A stretch of DNA of 64,000 nucleotides, from positions 1 through 64,000 of IMG/VR virus record IMGVR_UViG_3300007760_001418; one strand, given 5' to 3'. The position numbers and the translations under genes are program-made. Under the pieces are notes generated by a model. The model searched no databases. It was not told the DNA's origin and was given only the letters and a program-made list of their open reading frames with translations. Shown here one piece after another: positions 1-8,387 of the stretch. The stretch's first letter is position 1, and every line of letters begins with the position of its first letter. The DNA is from a virus.

Positions 1-4
1 GTGA

Positions 5-190
5 ATGCAGCCAGGTGATTTAGTGCGTATAAAGGGCAAGGGAAGATTCGCAAAAGAGGCTGTAGCTATAGGGATCCTTGTTGAGTTTGATACTGTTGAG
101 CCTGATGGTGGGTGGGTTGTTATGATAGGCGATAAAATTGAAACGTATGTTACAACCTGGTGGGACTGTGAGGTGGTCGATGAAAGCTGA
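5..190 (+). CDS. small SH3/KOW-like phage protein (MKxGDLV family)
   Basis: N-term MQPGDLVRI, central GILV strand, C-term EVVDES; same pattern as neighbours. Confidence 0.7.
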   Translation: MQPGDLVRIKGKGRFAKEAVAIGILVEFDTVEPDGGWVVMIGDKIETYVTTWWDCEVVDES

Positions 191-374
191 TAACGTTATA
201 AAGAAAGTACTTTGGTGGAGATTAATTTCTATCCTTATAACCGTGGTAGCAATATATGCAGTCACCGGTGACATCAAGTCAGCAACAGGTATTACGATAT
301 ACCTACATATTTTACTAACTGCTAGCCACTATATTTTTGAGAAGACATGGGAAAAACTACGTGAAGATTGGTGA
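180..374 (+). CDS. small membrane protein, DUF2061-like
   Basis: ATG at 180 after GAGG, overlapping the upstream stop; KKVLWWRLISILIT...YIFEKTW with two hydrophobic helices. Confidence 0.65.
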   Translation: MKADNVIKKVLWWRLISILITVVAIYAVTGDIKSATGITIYLHILLTASHYIFEKTWEKLREDW

Positions 375-570
375 TTTGGTTACGGTAAATCCGGCCAAGG
401 CAGGATTGTATCTGATCATCGATGAAGATCCTGCCAGAGAAAGCATGCATGTTGTCAACGAACTCAATGCAATTGCACTTGGAAAACTGTATATACTTTA
501 TGACCCTGAAGCGGTACAAGCTATAGAGATGCATGAAAAATGGATAGAGGTAATCAGTGAAGGTCGGTGA
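361..570 (+). CDS. small SH3/KOW-like protein
   Basis: GTG start at 361 gives MKIGDLVTV...EVISEGR. Confidence 0.7.
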   Translation: MKIGDLVTVNPAKAGLYLIIDEDPARESMHVVNELNAIALGKLYILYDPEAVQAIEMHEKWIEVISEGR

Positions 571-766
571 TTTAGTAAGAATGCTTCCGAAGAATTATAG
601 TAGTCACGGAATACATCTCCCAGATCAGTGGGCCGGATTGATAGCCATAGTAACGAATGATCTCGGCGGAATGTTTAGCGTTTTAATTTATCACCCTGAT
701 GATGCGATGCCATCTGAGATAATGGTTAATAGTAGGGACGTTGAGGTAATCAATGAAGATCGGTGA
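557..766 (+). CDS. small SH3/KOW-like protein
   Basis: MKVGDLVRM...EVINEDR; GAGGT SD; 14-nt overlap with upstream gene. Confidence 0.75.
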   Translation: MKVGDLVRMLPKNYSSHGIHLPDQWAGLIAIVTNDLGGMFSVLIYHPDDAMPSEIMVNSRDVEVINEDR

Positions 767-1001
767 CCTGGTGGTTCGCGCGTACGCGTATCACGCATTC
801 ATTCCTGGCATTATCGTCGACGAAGAATATAATGAGATCTCAGATGTAGATCATGATTTAGCCTACACAGAACATAATTTTACCGTAGCCTGGTCAGATA
901 ATAATACATCTCGTGAAATGGATGTAGAGTTAGATTATTTAGAAGATGCCCTTGAGGCAATGCAAGAACTCATGGAAGAGGATGAACAGAATGAAAGTTG
1001 A
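753..1001 (+). CDS. small SH3/KOW-like protein, acidic tail
   Basis: MKIGDLVVR..PGIIV..VAWSD; 14-nt overlap. Confidence 0.75.
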   Translation: MKIGDLVVRAYAYHAFIPGIIVDEEYNEISDVDHDLAYTEHNFTVAWSDNNTSREMDVELDYLEDALEAMQELMEEDEQNES

Positions 1002-1431
1002 ATTACAGAATGAATTGTTTGAAAAGTATCCAAAGATTTTTCGGCAAAAAGATTTACCTATGCAAGAGACATGCATGTGCTGGGGTATTGAGACTGGTGA
1101 TGGGTGGTATAATATCATTGATATGTTATGTCTTCAAATTGAATGGCATACTGCACATAACCTAAAGAAGGATGAAGATTCAGACCTGGTTCAAGTTGAA
1201 GCTGTACAGGTTAAGGAAAAGTATGGTACCCTGAGGTTCTATTATAATGGAGGAAATGAATTCATCCATGGGCTTGTGTCAATGGCTGAGGGTATGTCTG
1301 GGCGTACGTGCGAGGAGTGCGGTGCACCTGGAACGCAAAATAATACCGGCTGGATCAAGACACAATGTGTACCATGTAGAGATAAACAAGGTCTGCGCTG
1401 GGAAAAGGGTACGCAGGGTGGAGCTGGCTAG
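991..1431 (+). CDS. conserved phage hypothetical protein with C-terminal CxxC...CxxC zinc ribbon
   Basis: ATG 991 after GAGGA; GDGWYNII, QVKEKYGTLRFY, TCEECG..QCVPC motifs typical of a widespread phage family. Confidence 0.75.
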   Translation: MKVELQNELFEKYPKIFRQKDLPMQETCMCWGIETGDGWYNIIDMLCLQIEWHTAHNLKKDEDSDLVQVEAVQVKEKYGTLRFYYNGGNEFIHGLVSMAEGMSGRTCEECGAPGTQNNTGWIKTQCVPCRDKQGLRWEKGTQGGAG

Positions 1432-1718
1432 TCGAACGTAAACTTAAGTGCCAACCTAAGCTGGTGCTCTAAAGGATCACTTTCAAACTTAGGTAACTTA
1501 AGTACATAACGTGGCTCTAGAAGAAATACATCACTGACTTTCCATGCTAAGCCGGCATCAAAACTTGTACGAAGTAATTTTTTTTCTGATAGCTTAAACT
1601 CAACGCTGGTGAACAGTTGATCATAGCCCACCCGAATTCTATTAGAAGCCCATGGCCCGTCTTTTGCTATAGCACTAGCGGACAGTAGCAACGATAAGAA
1701 TATGATCAATATTTTCAT
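1428..1718 (-). CDS. secreted beta-strand-rich protein (outer-membrane barrel-like fragment)
   Basis: signal peptide MKILIIFLSLLLSASAIA; alternating beta pattern ending LKFTFD. Confidence 0.6.
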   Translation of the reverse strand: MKILIIFLSLLLSASAIAKDGPWASNRIRVGYDQLFTSVEFKLSEKKLLRTSFDAGLAWKVSDVFLLEPRYVLKLPKFESDPLEHQLRLALKFTFD

Positions 1719-1834
1719 GTTTATAACTAGTATTATCCTACGATAATCGTGTGACAGGAGTATAACAAAGTTTGCATTATTACTTATACAGGCATGATAT
1801 ACTGGATATACTTAGTTCACGTTAGGAAATAAAC

Positions 1835-1845
1835 GTTCTTTGAAA
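1835..1845 (+). promoter_or_regulatory. boxA-like antitermination element upstream of large ncRNA
   Basis: GTTCTTTGAAA resembles rrn boxA (TGCTCTTTAACA); lies after ATACTTA motif at 1808. Confidence 0.45.
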
Positions 1846-1850
1846 TTCTA

Positions 1851-2469
1851 TGCGACCCCGGTTCTCGGGTCCTAAAATCCAGGTGGAATTACTGGCTCCT
1901 GGATATCAACGGAAGTTGATAGTAGAGAAAACCTCGATTGGGAAGGTGCTGTTCTTACGGCATGCCGCCCTACTAAGAGAGGGGATGAGTAAAGGGGAGT
2001 GACATCCCTGAAAATCATCCAGTGATCTAAAGTAAGAGCCCTCTTGTCACAGAGGGAGTGCTGCTGAAGGTATCCGCGGACTTGTAGATTCATCGTGGAA
2101 ACGGGATAAGGGCAACCCAGACTACTCTGAAAGGAGTTGAAAAAGTCTTGGGAAGGGGGGTTAAAATCCTCTAGAATCTGACTGTCGTTGGCAGAAGCCT
2201 CTCTGATGAAACCGGCAACGGTTTTATCGTCCCGAAAGGGGTTATGTGGACTTTCTCCCAAGGATCGGAAGCATGACGCGCAAAAGCGGGGGGAAGTGTA
2301 CAGCTTACCCAACTGAGCGCAGAATGTCAATGACAGTAGAACGTGCTGTTCCGTGGTTTTTACGAGCCAAGAACAGGGAGGAATCTTGTGAACGGTTTTA
2401 CTTGCCGGTGTGTTCACATCTAACCCCAAGAGGGGGACAGGCTCAAAAGGCTTGATGGTCATGAGAACG
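1851..2469 (+). ncRNA. large structured ncRNA candidate (GOLLD/ROOL-like class)
   Basis: no credible ORF; successive hairpins with GNRA loops (1904-1921 GGAA, 2205-2228 GCAA, 2231-2240 GAAA) and further stems; bounded by boxA-like site and terminator. Confidence 0.75.
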
Positions 2470-2502
2470 AGAAGCCCTGGAATGCTGGGCTTCTTTTTTT
2501 TT
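2470..2502 (+). terminator. Rho-independent terminator
   Basis: AGAAGCCC...GGGCTTCT followed by T-run. Confidence 0.8.
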
Positions 2503-2527
2503 CGAAATAAAAGGAGTGATAACAATC

Positions 2528-2770
2528 ATGCAAACGTCTACTAATACAAAGTATTTTGTTGCTGCATTTGCGGCTGTTGCATTATTCTTTGCCGGCTATA
2601 CCTATTTTGGTTCCGACACTGATGCAACTGACAATACGGCAGCTACGGCAACTATCACTGCGCCAGCCTCAAATTATATTGAGAATGCGCAGCCAGCAGT
2701 ACAGACTGGGCCCACCAATGTCGCACCCGCGAATGGTGAGGTTGAAGCTGATGCCAGCACAACAAAGTAA
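2528..2770 (+). CDS. membrane-anchored Ala/Thr-rich hypothetical protein
   Basis: AAGGAG SD; N-terminal TM helix, low-complexity tail. Confidence 0.65.
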   Translation: MQTSTNTKYFVAAFAAVALFFAGYTYFGSDTDATDNTAATATITAPASNYIENAQPAVQTGPTNVAPANGEVEADASTTK

Positions 2771-2799
2771 TCTAACGTAGTTACATAGATTTCGATTCG

Positions 2800-2830
2800 A
2801 AAAGGGGAGGGCTTAGGCCTTCCCCTTTTC
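2800..2830. terminator. bidirectional intrinsic terminator
   Basis: AAAAGGGGAGGGC-TTAG-GCCTTCCCCTTTT between convergent genes. Confidence 0.8.
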
Positions 2831-2832
2831 TT

Positions 2833-3183
2833 TTACATGAGCGTGCATTCACAGACTTCATATGCCATTAGTCCATAACCAGCTATTTTCCAACACTCTT
2901 TTTTCTGTGTTACGATAAGCTCTTCTTCGACTATATGATAGATGCCTGGCTCTTCATATGTGAATGGGCCACCCCAATAAATACCCCATTCATTATCAAC
3001 TTCTTCATAGATGAATAGTTCTTCTGCTTCATGGGCCATAAAACATATGTTGTATCCCCATGCATCGATTTCCCACCACTTATTTTCAAATGCTGATCTA
3101 TCAAATAGTGGGTCAGGTTCTGGTGCGCAGGAAATCAGTGCGGCCAGTAACAGGATTCGTCTCAATATTTGTTCCGGGAACAA
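2833..3183 (-). CDS. putative lipoprotein
   Basis: LLLAALISC lipobox-like N-terminus; ATACTTA motif upstream. Confidence 0.6.
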   Translation of the reverse strand: MFPEQILRRILLLAALISCAPEPDPLFDRSAFENKWWEIDAWGYNICFMAHEAEELFIYEEVDNEWGIYWGGPFTYEEPGIYHIVEEELIVTQKKECWKIAGYGLMAYEVCECTLM

Positions 3184-3250
3184 TGTTACAATTTTAAGTA
3201 TACATGTTGGGCAATATATTTATGTAAAATGATTGAACCAGGAGCTGACC

Positions 3251-3592
3251 ATGGGATTTTGGACTAAAGCGCTTGGAATTGACAAGCGGTTCATGAAAAT
3301 AGAAGACATGCTGGCTGATATACGTAAGCATCAGCAGAAGATAGATATGAAAATGGACATCCTGGCTCATGATGTGGTAGGTCACCTACCCTCGGTACCA
3401 AGTGAAAATAAGATCAATGATACATATGTGAGACTTCAAAAATTAGAAAGCTATGTTCAATCATTAGCAACAACGATGATGGAAGCCGAAGCAACAACGA
3501 AAATTAATTCATATGCATCAGAGTTGAATGAAGCTAAGATGAAAAAGCTTGATCAAAAAATGAAAAAAATAGAAGATCCGCTCAAAGATTAG
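3251..3592 (+). CDS. coiled-coil hypothetical protein
   Basis: AGGAG SD; MGFWTKALGIDK then heptad pattern. Confidence 0.65.
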   Translation: MGFWTKALGIDKRFMKIEDMLADIRKHQQKIDMKMDILAHDVVGHLPSVPSENKINDTYVRLQKLESYVQSLATTMMEAEATTKINSYASELNEAKMKKLDQKMKKIEDPLKD

Positions 3593-3713
3593 GTGTTGCT
3601 AATAACTTAACTCCATATTTATAAGCGTATGCCCATGCGTGAAAACCTTGGGCAGTTGTTTTGTTTTAGTTAAGATAGTCAGCTGCAAACACTTTACTAA
3701 AAGGAGACAACTC

Positions 3714-4583
3714 ATGGCAAAACATGGAAACTGGTTTACACGAATGATCGGTGCCGTAGGCATTGGTCAATTTGAAGAAGAAACCATCGCAAGTGCAAAA
3801 GATCGCACTGAAATTAAAGAGCTAATTAAGAATCTCTCCCCCGCGGAAGGGGTTGATGTGAAGGAATTAAAAGATGACCTTCAAAACTATTTAGACAAGA
3901 ATCTTAAAATATTAGACCAGTCAATGGCAGATATTTCAAAAAGAATTTCTGAAATGGCAGAAGAAATTGAATCAGCTGTAAAGATGGCTGATGAAGCTCT
4001 TGATTCACTTGAAGAATTAGAAGAAGATGATGCGGCCGGACCCCCTGGGCCACAAGGGCCCCAAGGGCTACAGGGTATTCAGGGTGTTCCCGGACCACAA
4101 GGAAATGACGGCGCTCAAGGACCAGCTGGTGACATTGTTGATCTGATTAACGATAATGGTGATGGGTCAATAACGCTCAGTGCTAGTAACGGTGACCAGA
4201 TCCGAATTGCTAGAATTGGTGGGACTCGCGGCCCGCGGGGTCATCAAGGTATCGACGGACCAGTAGGCCCTGAGGGACCTCAAGGTGAGCCAGGTCTCCA
4301 AGGCCCCCCAGGAAATTCCTGGAACGAACAGCGTGTTAAGATAATTGAAAACCATGTAGCTGCGTTATGGACTGAAGCTGCCGGAATAAAGTCATCAGTG
4401 GATAGTGAAATTAAAGATCTTCAAGATCGCATGGTTGAGTGTTGCCCAGAAGAACCTGAACCAAATCCAGGCTGTTGGAAACATAAGTGTTGCGACACCC
4501 CGGCCGCTGGTCAATATGCAGAATGCGATAGGCACGGCGGCAGTCCGGACGGTCATAAAACATACTGGGACCCGAACTGTTAG
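3714..4583 (+). CDS. collagen-like protein with coiled coil and Cys-rich C-terminus
   Basis: AAGGAG SD; two Gly-X-Y tracts (GPPGPQGPQGLQG..., GPRGHQG...). Confidence 0.85.
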   Translation: MAKHGNWFTRMIGAVGIGQFEEETIASAKDRTEIKELIKNLSPAEGVDVKELKDDLQNYLDKNLKILDQSMADISKRISEMAEEIESAVKMADEALDSLEELEEDDAAGPPGPQGPQGLQGIQGVPGPQGNDGAQGPAGDIVDLINDNGDGSITLSASNGDQIRIARIGGTRGPRGHQGIDGPVGPEGPQGEPGLQGPPGNSWNEQRVKIIENHVAALWTEAAGIKSSVDSEIKDLQDRMVECCPEEPEPNPGCWKHKCCDTPAAGQYAECDRHGGSPDGHKTYWDPNC

Positions 4584-4630
4584 TCGCTAACTTGAAGTTT
4601 AGTCAAATTTAGTCCGCTAATCTAATAACT

Positions 4631-4668
4631 AACGCTCCTTGCGGCTGAGTCTGCGGGGGGCGTTTTTT
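4631..4668 (+). terminator. intrinsic terminator
   Basis: AACGCTCCTTGCGG...CTGCGGGGGGCGTT plus T-run. Confidence 0.7.
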
Positions 4669-4828
4669 ATTGAGTCGAGCATTGAGCGGATGCTGGCAGG
4701 AATAATATAAGAGGCTGCGTAGAAGATAGCCAGGCTCATAAGCCATATAACCCAACAGGTTACAAACAGAGTCCCCAGTATGGACTGAGGGGGATTATTT
4801 TGATAACACCGTTTGGGTTTCTTTTTTA

Positions 4829-5170
4829 CTAGTCACACACCTTTCGTGCACGTTTCTGCGCAAATTCCCGCCATACCACATAGGTCTTATTGTTAACGGT
4901 AACACACATGTCACATTTTAGATCTGTTTCACACTTGTGTAGTGCACCACAAAACTGTTCACCATTATTGATTAAACCATTCATGCAACCAGGAACATCT
5001 TTTACGCATGCGTTACAGTGATCGACCAACTGATTAGGATCTTCAGCTACTTCCCCCTCACCGATGACGACGACCTCTTCAGTAGTACTTGGGGTACTTG
5101 GACATTGTCCGACGCCCATTAAAAATAGAACGGCAAACCCGGCTGCGATTGCTTTTGGAAAGATATGCAT
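4829..5170 (-). CDS. secreted/lipoprotein-like Cys-rich protein
   Basis: GAGGAG SD; signal ending LFLMGVGQC; several Cys incl. CxxC. Confidence 0.65.
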   Translation of the reverse strand: MHIFPKAIAAGFAVLFLMGVGQCPSTPSTTEEVVVIGEGEVAEDPNQLVDHCNACVKDVPGCMNGLINNGEQFCGALHKCETDLKCDMCVTVNNKTYVVWREFAQKRARKVCD

Positions 5171-5227
5171 AATAAACTCCTCAATGATAAGTATACCTTA
5201 TCATACATAGTAATATAGTTAAGGATA

Positions 5228-5425
5228 ATGATGTTACGACACATACACCGGTGGTACGAGAAGGTGACTGGCATTAAGGATCTAAAAGATAGAGTTGAAA
5301 TGCTTGAACAAGAAGTGATCTACGGACACATAGTATTCGAAGAACAAATTAGGCAAGTCAACAAGCAGACAGCACGAAACAAATTGAAGTGCACAATCTT
5401 GGCGGGTAATACTAAAAAACAGTAA
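5228..5425 (+). CDS. small coiled-coil protein
   Basis: AAGGA SD; WYEKVTGIKDLKDRVEMLE resembles ORFs 3251 and 6801. Confidence 0.55.
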   Translation: MMLRHIHRWYEKVTGIKDLKDRVEMLEQEVIYGHIVFEEQIRQVNKQTARNKLKCTILAGNTKKQ

Positions 5426-5426
5426 G
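5401..5426. repeat. 26-bp dispersed repeat, copy 1
   Basis: GGCGGGTAATACTAAAAAACAGTAAG; 25/26 identical to 7001-7026. Confidence 0.85.
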
Positions 5427-5452
5427 GAAGCCAGGATAGCGAAAGAGCGAAC

Positions 5453-5695
5453 TTATAAGGTGATACCAAAGTAAGAACGTACAGCATCTTCTACGATACT
5501 GGCACATGCTCTCTTTTGTCTTTTATCCTTATGCATCTTTGCCACATAATCTTCAGGGACTACGTACATGATACCATGAGGTGCTTCCATGATACCGGGT
5601 GCCATGCTACACATACCAACACCCTTCTCACCCTTCTTCAGGACTTCATCTTCAAATACAATTGTTTCTGTGACCAGATAGACGAACCAAGACAA
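5453..5695 (-). CDS. hypothetical protein
   Basis: TTG start with GAGGGG SD and ATACTTA motif upstream. Confidence 0.55.
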   Translation of the reverse strand: MSWFVYLVTETIVFEDEVLKKGEKGVGMCSMAPGIMEAPHGIMYVVPEDYVAKMHKDKRQKRACASIVEDAVRSYFGITL

Positions 5696-5772
5696 TGTTC
5701 CCCCTCTAGTTTAAGTATACACCATGGAGCAGTAGATGGTTATAACTTTTATTTCACAATAAAGTTATCATC

Positions 5773-5801
5773 GTGCATTAATGCTTCTTCCATGATATAA
5801 T
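5773..5801 (+). promoter_or_regulatory. GTGYAA-class promoter (GTGCAT-N17-TATAAT)
   Basis: same spacing as eight other copies; heads an SH3/KOW array. Confidence 0.7.
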
Positions 5802-5848
5802 CTATATGTTGGTGGGGAATGGATCCTCACCACATGGGAAGAAGCACA

Positions 5849-6076
5849 GTGAAGAAGGGTGACATCGTTTTTTTGGATGACTACTACTACGGTGACGTCA
5901 TAACTGGGATTGTACTTACCACCGGACGAGGCAAGCTCGAAGGGCACTATGAGATCATGACTGCCTGCCGAACGACCGAAATACCATATACTTTCTGGAC
6001 ATACCGGGAAGATCTGATGTCCATGGATGAGTGGGAAGAGTGGGGCAAGGAAGAGTACGGAGAGTTGCTGCGATGA
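5849..6076 (+). CDS. small SH3/KOW-like protein
   Basis: GTG: MKKGDIVFL..TGIVL. Confidence 0.65.
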   Translation: MKKGDIVFLDDYYYGDVITGIVLTTGRGKLEGHYEIMTACRTTEIPYTFWTYREDLMSMDEWEEWGKEEYGELLR

Positions 6077-6246
6077 CTATGAAGATTGGCAACATGGTAA
6101 GACACAAGCTCTCTGAAGGTGGGTTGTTGGGTATTATTATCGGATACCACCAAGCTATCGAGTCTGCAGATCCAACCTACCTTGTTAAGTGGTCAGACGG
6201 CCGACTTAATTGGGTACTGCAACGATTGATGGAGCCAATTCAATGA
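6073..6246 (+). CDS. small SH3/KOW-like protein
   Basis: ATGA overlap; MTMKIGNMVRH..LGIII..YLVKWSDG. Confidence 0.7.
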   Translation: MTMKIGNMVRHKLSEGGLLGIIIGYHQAIESADPTYLVKWSDGRLNWVLQRLMEPIQ

Positions 6247-6443
6247 AGCCCGGTGATATGGTACAAATGGTAACCGGCCTTCCGGATTACAGGACTAACC
6301 CCCGTAATAATGGGATCGTAATAAACATCCAGCGACCGTCTGCATTTCGCAGGATTGCTATTGTTATGTCGAATACCGGCGAGATCATGAGCTGGCCACT
6401 CGACAGCCACTACGAAGTCAGGGTGATCAATGAAGCCCGGTAA
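6243..6443 (+). CDS. small SH3/KOW-like protein
   Basis: ATGA overlap; MKPGDMVQM..GIVI..RVINEAR. Confidence 0.7.
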   Translation: MKPGDMVQMVTGLPDYRTNPRNNGIVINIQRPSAFRRIAIVMSNTGEIMSWPLDSHYEVRVINEAR

Positions 6444-6627
6444 CCATGTCAAAGAAGGTGATCTGATTAGGGCACATGGTTGTATAGCCCTAGTACTGGA
6501 AGTGATTCCGGCTAATACTACAGAGTATCAAAAGACCCCTCGGCTTCGAATCCTAAGTGATGACGGCCGGAGTTGGGTGACTCGACTTAACTACACAAAA
6601 TGGAGTATCATCAATGAAGCCCGGTGA
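6430..6627 (+). CDS. small SH3/KOW-like protein
   Basis: MKPGNHVKEGDLIR..ALVL..IINEAR. Confidence 0.7.
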   Translation: MKPGNHVKEGDLIRAHGCIALVLEVIPANTTEYQKTPRLRILSDDGRSWVTRLNYTKWSIINEAR

Positions 6628-6814
6628 CATGGTAACATGGAAGCAAAGACCAGACCTGAGAGGTGAGGGCTTTCCCCCATATCGACGACTCGGCCTTATC
6701 CTCCAACGAGATCCCCCATACCAACAACGGGACTTCGAGGTACTCTGGCTAGAGAGTCAAAATACAACGTATCATAATGAAGATGGACTGGAGGTAGTCA
6801 GTGAAGCTCTTTAA
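6614..6814 (+). CDS. small SH3/KOW-like protein
   Basis: MKPGDMVTW..LGLIL..EVLW..LEVVSEAL. Confidence 0.75.
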   Translation: MKPGDMVTWKQRPDLRGEGFPPYRRLGLILQRDPPYQQRDFEVLWLESQNTTYHNEDGLEVVSEAL

Positions 6815-6977
6815 GTGGATCCTTGGAATCGATAAGTTAGAGAAGAAAATTGATCAACTCGAGGCACAGCTTAAGGTAGTCAGTGATAGAGCGCAAATGA
6901 ATAACCTGCGTACGTTGATGATGCTTGAGTATGGTGAGTTCCCTGATCTAAAGAAGCGCATGCCCAACGACTCCTAA
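6801..6977 (+). CDS. 58-aa coiled-coil protein (not in ORF track)
   Basis: GTG after GGAGGT; MKLFKWILGIDKLEKKIDQLEAQLKVVSDRAQMNNLRTLMMLEYGEFPDLKKRMPNDS. Confidence 0.7.
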   Translation: MKLFKWILGIDKLEKKIDQLEAQLKVVSDRAQMNNLRTLMMLEYGEFPDLKKRMPNDS

Positions 6978-7000
6978 GCTGGTTCGGTATTCAACTCGAG

Positions 7001-7026
7001 GGCGGGTAATACTAGAAAACAGTAAG
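7001..7026. repeat. 26-bp dispersed repeat, copy 2
   Basis: GGCGGGTAATACTAGAAAACAGTAAG. Confidence 0.85.
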
Positions 7027-7043
7027 AGCGGTAAGGTATGGGT

Positions 7044-7244
7044 CTATAAGTAAGCAGACAGCGTAATAAGACCAGCAAGCCCATACGATCCATAGACTAA
7101 TACCTCAGGTCCATTACCACTATGTACTAGTCCAATAGCTAGTAGACTACACCATGATACGTATCCTACACATGCTATCAGGTCAGCTTGCACATCTGTT
7201 AGGCTGCACACCCAGTCTCTGTATTTGTTTATTATGCTATCCAT
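7044..7244 (-). CDS. small two-TM membrane protein
   Basis: likely start MDSIINKY after AGGA; two hydrophobic segments. Confidence 0.55.
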   Translation of the reverse strand: MDSIINKYRDWVCSLTDVQADLIACVGYVSWCSLLAIGLVHSGNGPEVLVYGSYGLAGLITLSAYL

Positions 7245-7664
7245 AATGCACCATCCTATACTAGTATCTATGGCCATTATCCTGGCCATCGGCTGGTTAT
7301 TTTGGTACAAATAATGGCCATTGAGAGATAAGTGGAGATATTTTGTACCACTCATGTCTCTTCACTCTAGACAAGTGGCTATTTGTCCATATGTCCTGGC
7401 TCGTGGCACAGCCGGCTACCAGCGATCAGACCACACGCTTTTTAGTCTCCTGACCTGGCAGCATGTAATCGGCAGAAAAAAAAGCTGCTCGGAACTTTAC
7501 CATCCCGCGCAGCGGACGTACACACGCGTGCACGAGGCTGCTGCCCAGCCGGCCAGAGCGCACAAGGCTACCTGTCCATCGCGAGGGCTGCTGCTGTTAT
7601 GTGGCCGCTGTTACGGCGATGCGCGTGCTCGTGTCATGCTGTTTCCTTCCTACCTTATAGTACT

Positions 7665-7694
7665 ATTATACCACACACACCCGGGTTTTACACG
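7665..7694 (-). promoter_or_regulatory. GTGTAA-N17-TATAAT promoter, leftward
   Basis: reverse complement CGTGTAAAACCCGGGTGTGTGTGGTATAAT. Confidence 0.8.
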
Positions 7695-7893
7695 AGCTTG
7701 TACTGGCTGCGCAGCCATCACGGTCCGACCGCTCGAGGTAATGCAGTATACATCCGCGTGTTACTTCACGTCCGTGATGGCTGAGGTGAGCGAGTGTAAC
7801 ACTGTTTCTGTTTCGGTGTTACGGCGCGCTCGAAGTAACGAAAGATGTTCACACGGAGTTAACACGGACCTCGAGCGTTTTTGAACTCTTTTT

Positions 7894-7922
7894 TTGTACA
7901 CGATTTGTGGCGGCGGTATAAT
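7894..7922 (+). promoter_or_regulatory. sigma70-like promoter (TTGTAC-N17-TATAAT)
   Basis: perfect -10 with 17-nt spacer; divergent from the 7694 promoter. Confidence 0.55.
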
Positions 7923-8331
7923 ATACTAGGCCCTATGAGATCTTTTTATGTACGTCGATGCCATAACTTTTGCGATCACACTTATACAACGTGTACTGGC
8001 TTGGTTACTATAAAAATAAGGGACGCTGCACTGTGTAAGCCCGTCACGGCGCGCAGTGGAAACTCCTGGCGGTCATACGAATCATGGCGGTTTTTAACAA
8101 GGCGAGATGGAGTCTAGAGATGGTCGATACGTGAGATAATAATATTATGAGTACGAAAACCTGCTCATATCGTGGGATGTGGCGATCCCGAGCAGGCAGC
8201 CTTATTAAAGTCAGGTGATAGCATGGGTCACGATATGTCCGGCCAGTAACCTTTTCATTTAATTTTGAATAGACGAATTAGGGGGTCACGAAAGTGGCCC
8301 TCTTTTTTTATGCCGGCCGGCTGACACACCC

Positions 8332-8360
8332 GTGTAAAATCGACGTGCATGGGGTATAAT
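8332..8360 (+). promoter_or_regulatory. GTGTAA-N17-TATAAT promoter
   Basis: exact motif and spacing upstream of ORF 8388. Confidence 0.85.
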
Positions 8361-8387
8361 GTATATGTAATCAGGAAAAGGAAACAC

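Noticed and set aside
2203-2237. CTGATGA...GAAA resembling a hammerhead core
   Set aside because: The GATGA is sequestered in the 2205-2228 stem, and GAAA is a tetraloop rather than adjacent to stem II.
1872-2525. 217-aa minus-strand ORF (and 69-aa plus ORF 2246-2455)
   Set aside because: No SD or recognisable motif, and it starts across a terminator; better explained as the shadow of a structured RNA.
4622-4828. Minus-strand open frame with a TM-like stretch
   Set aside because: No in-frame standard start upstream of the hydrophobic segment; it runs through a terminator.
7321-8117. ORFs 7321-7884, 7599-7784 and 7881-8117
   Set aside because: No SD, atypical composition, and they overlap promoter motifs; treated as non-coding.
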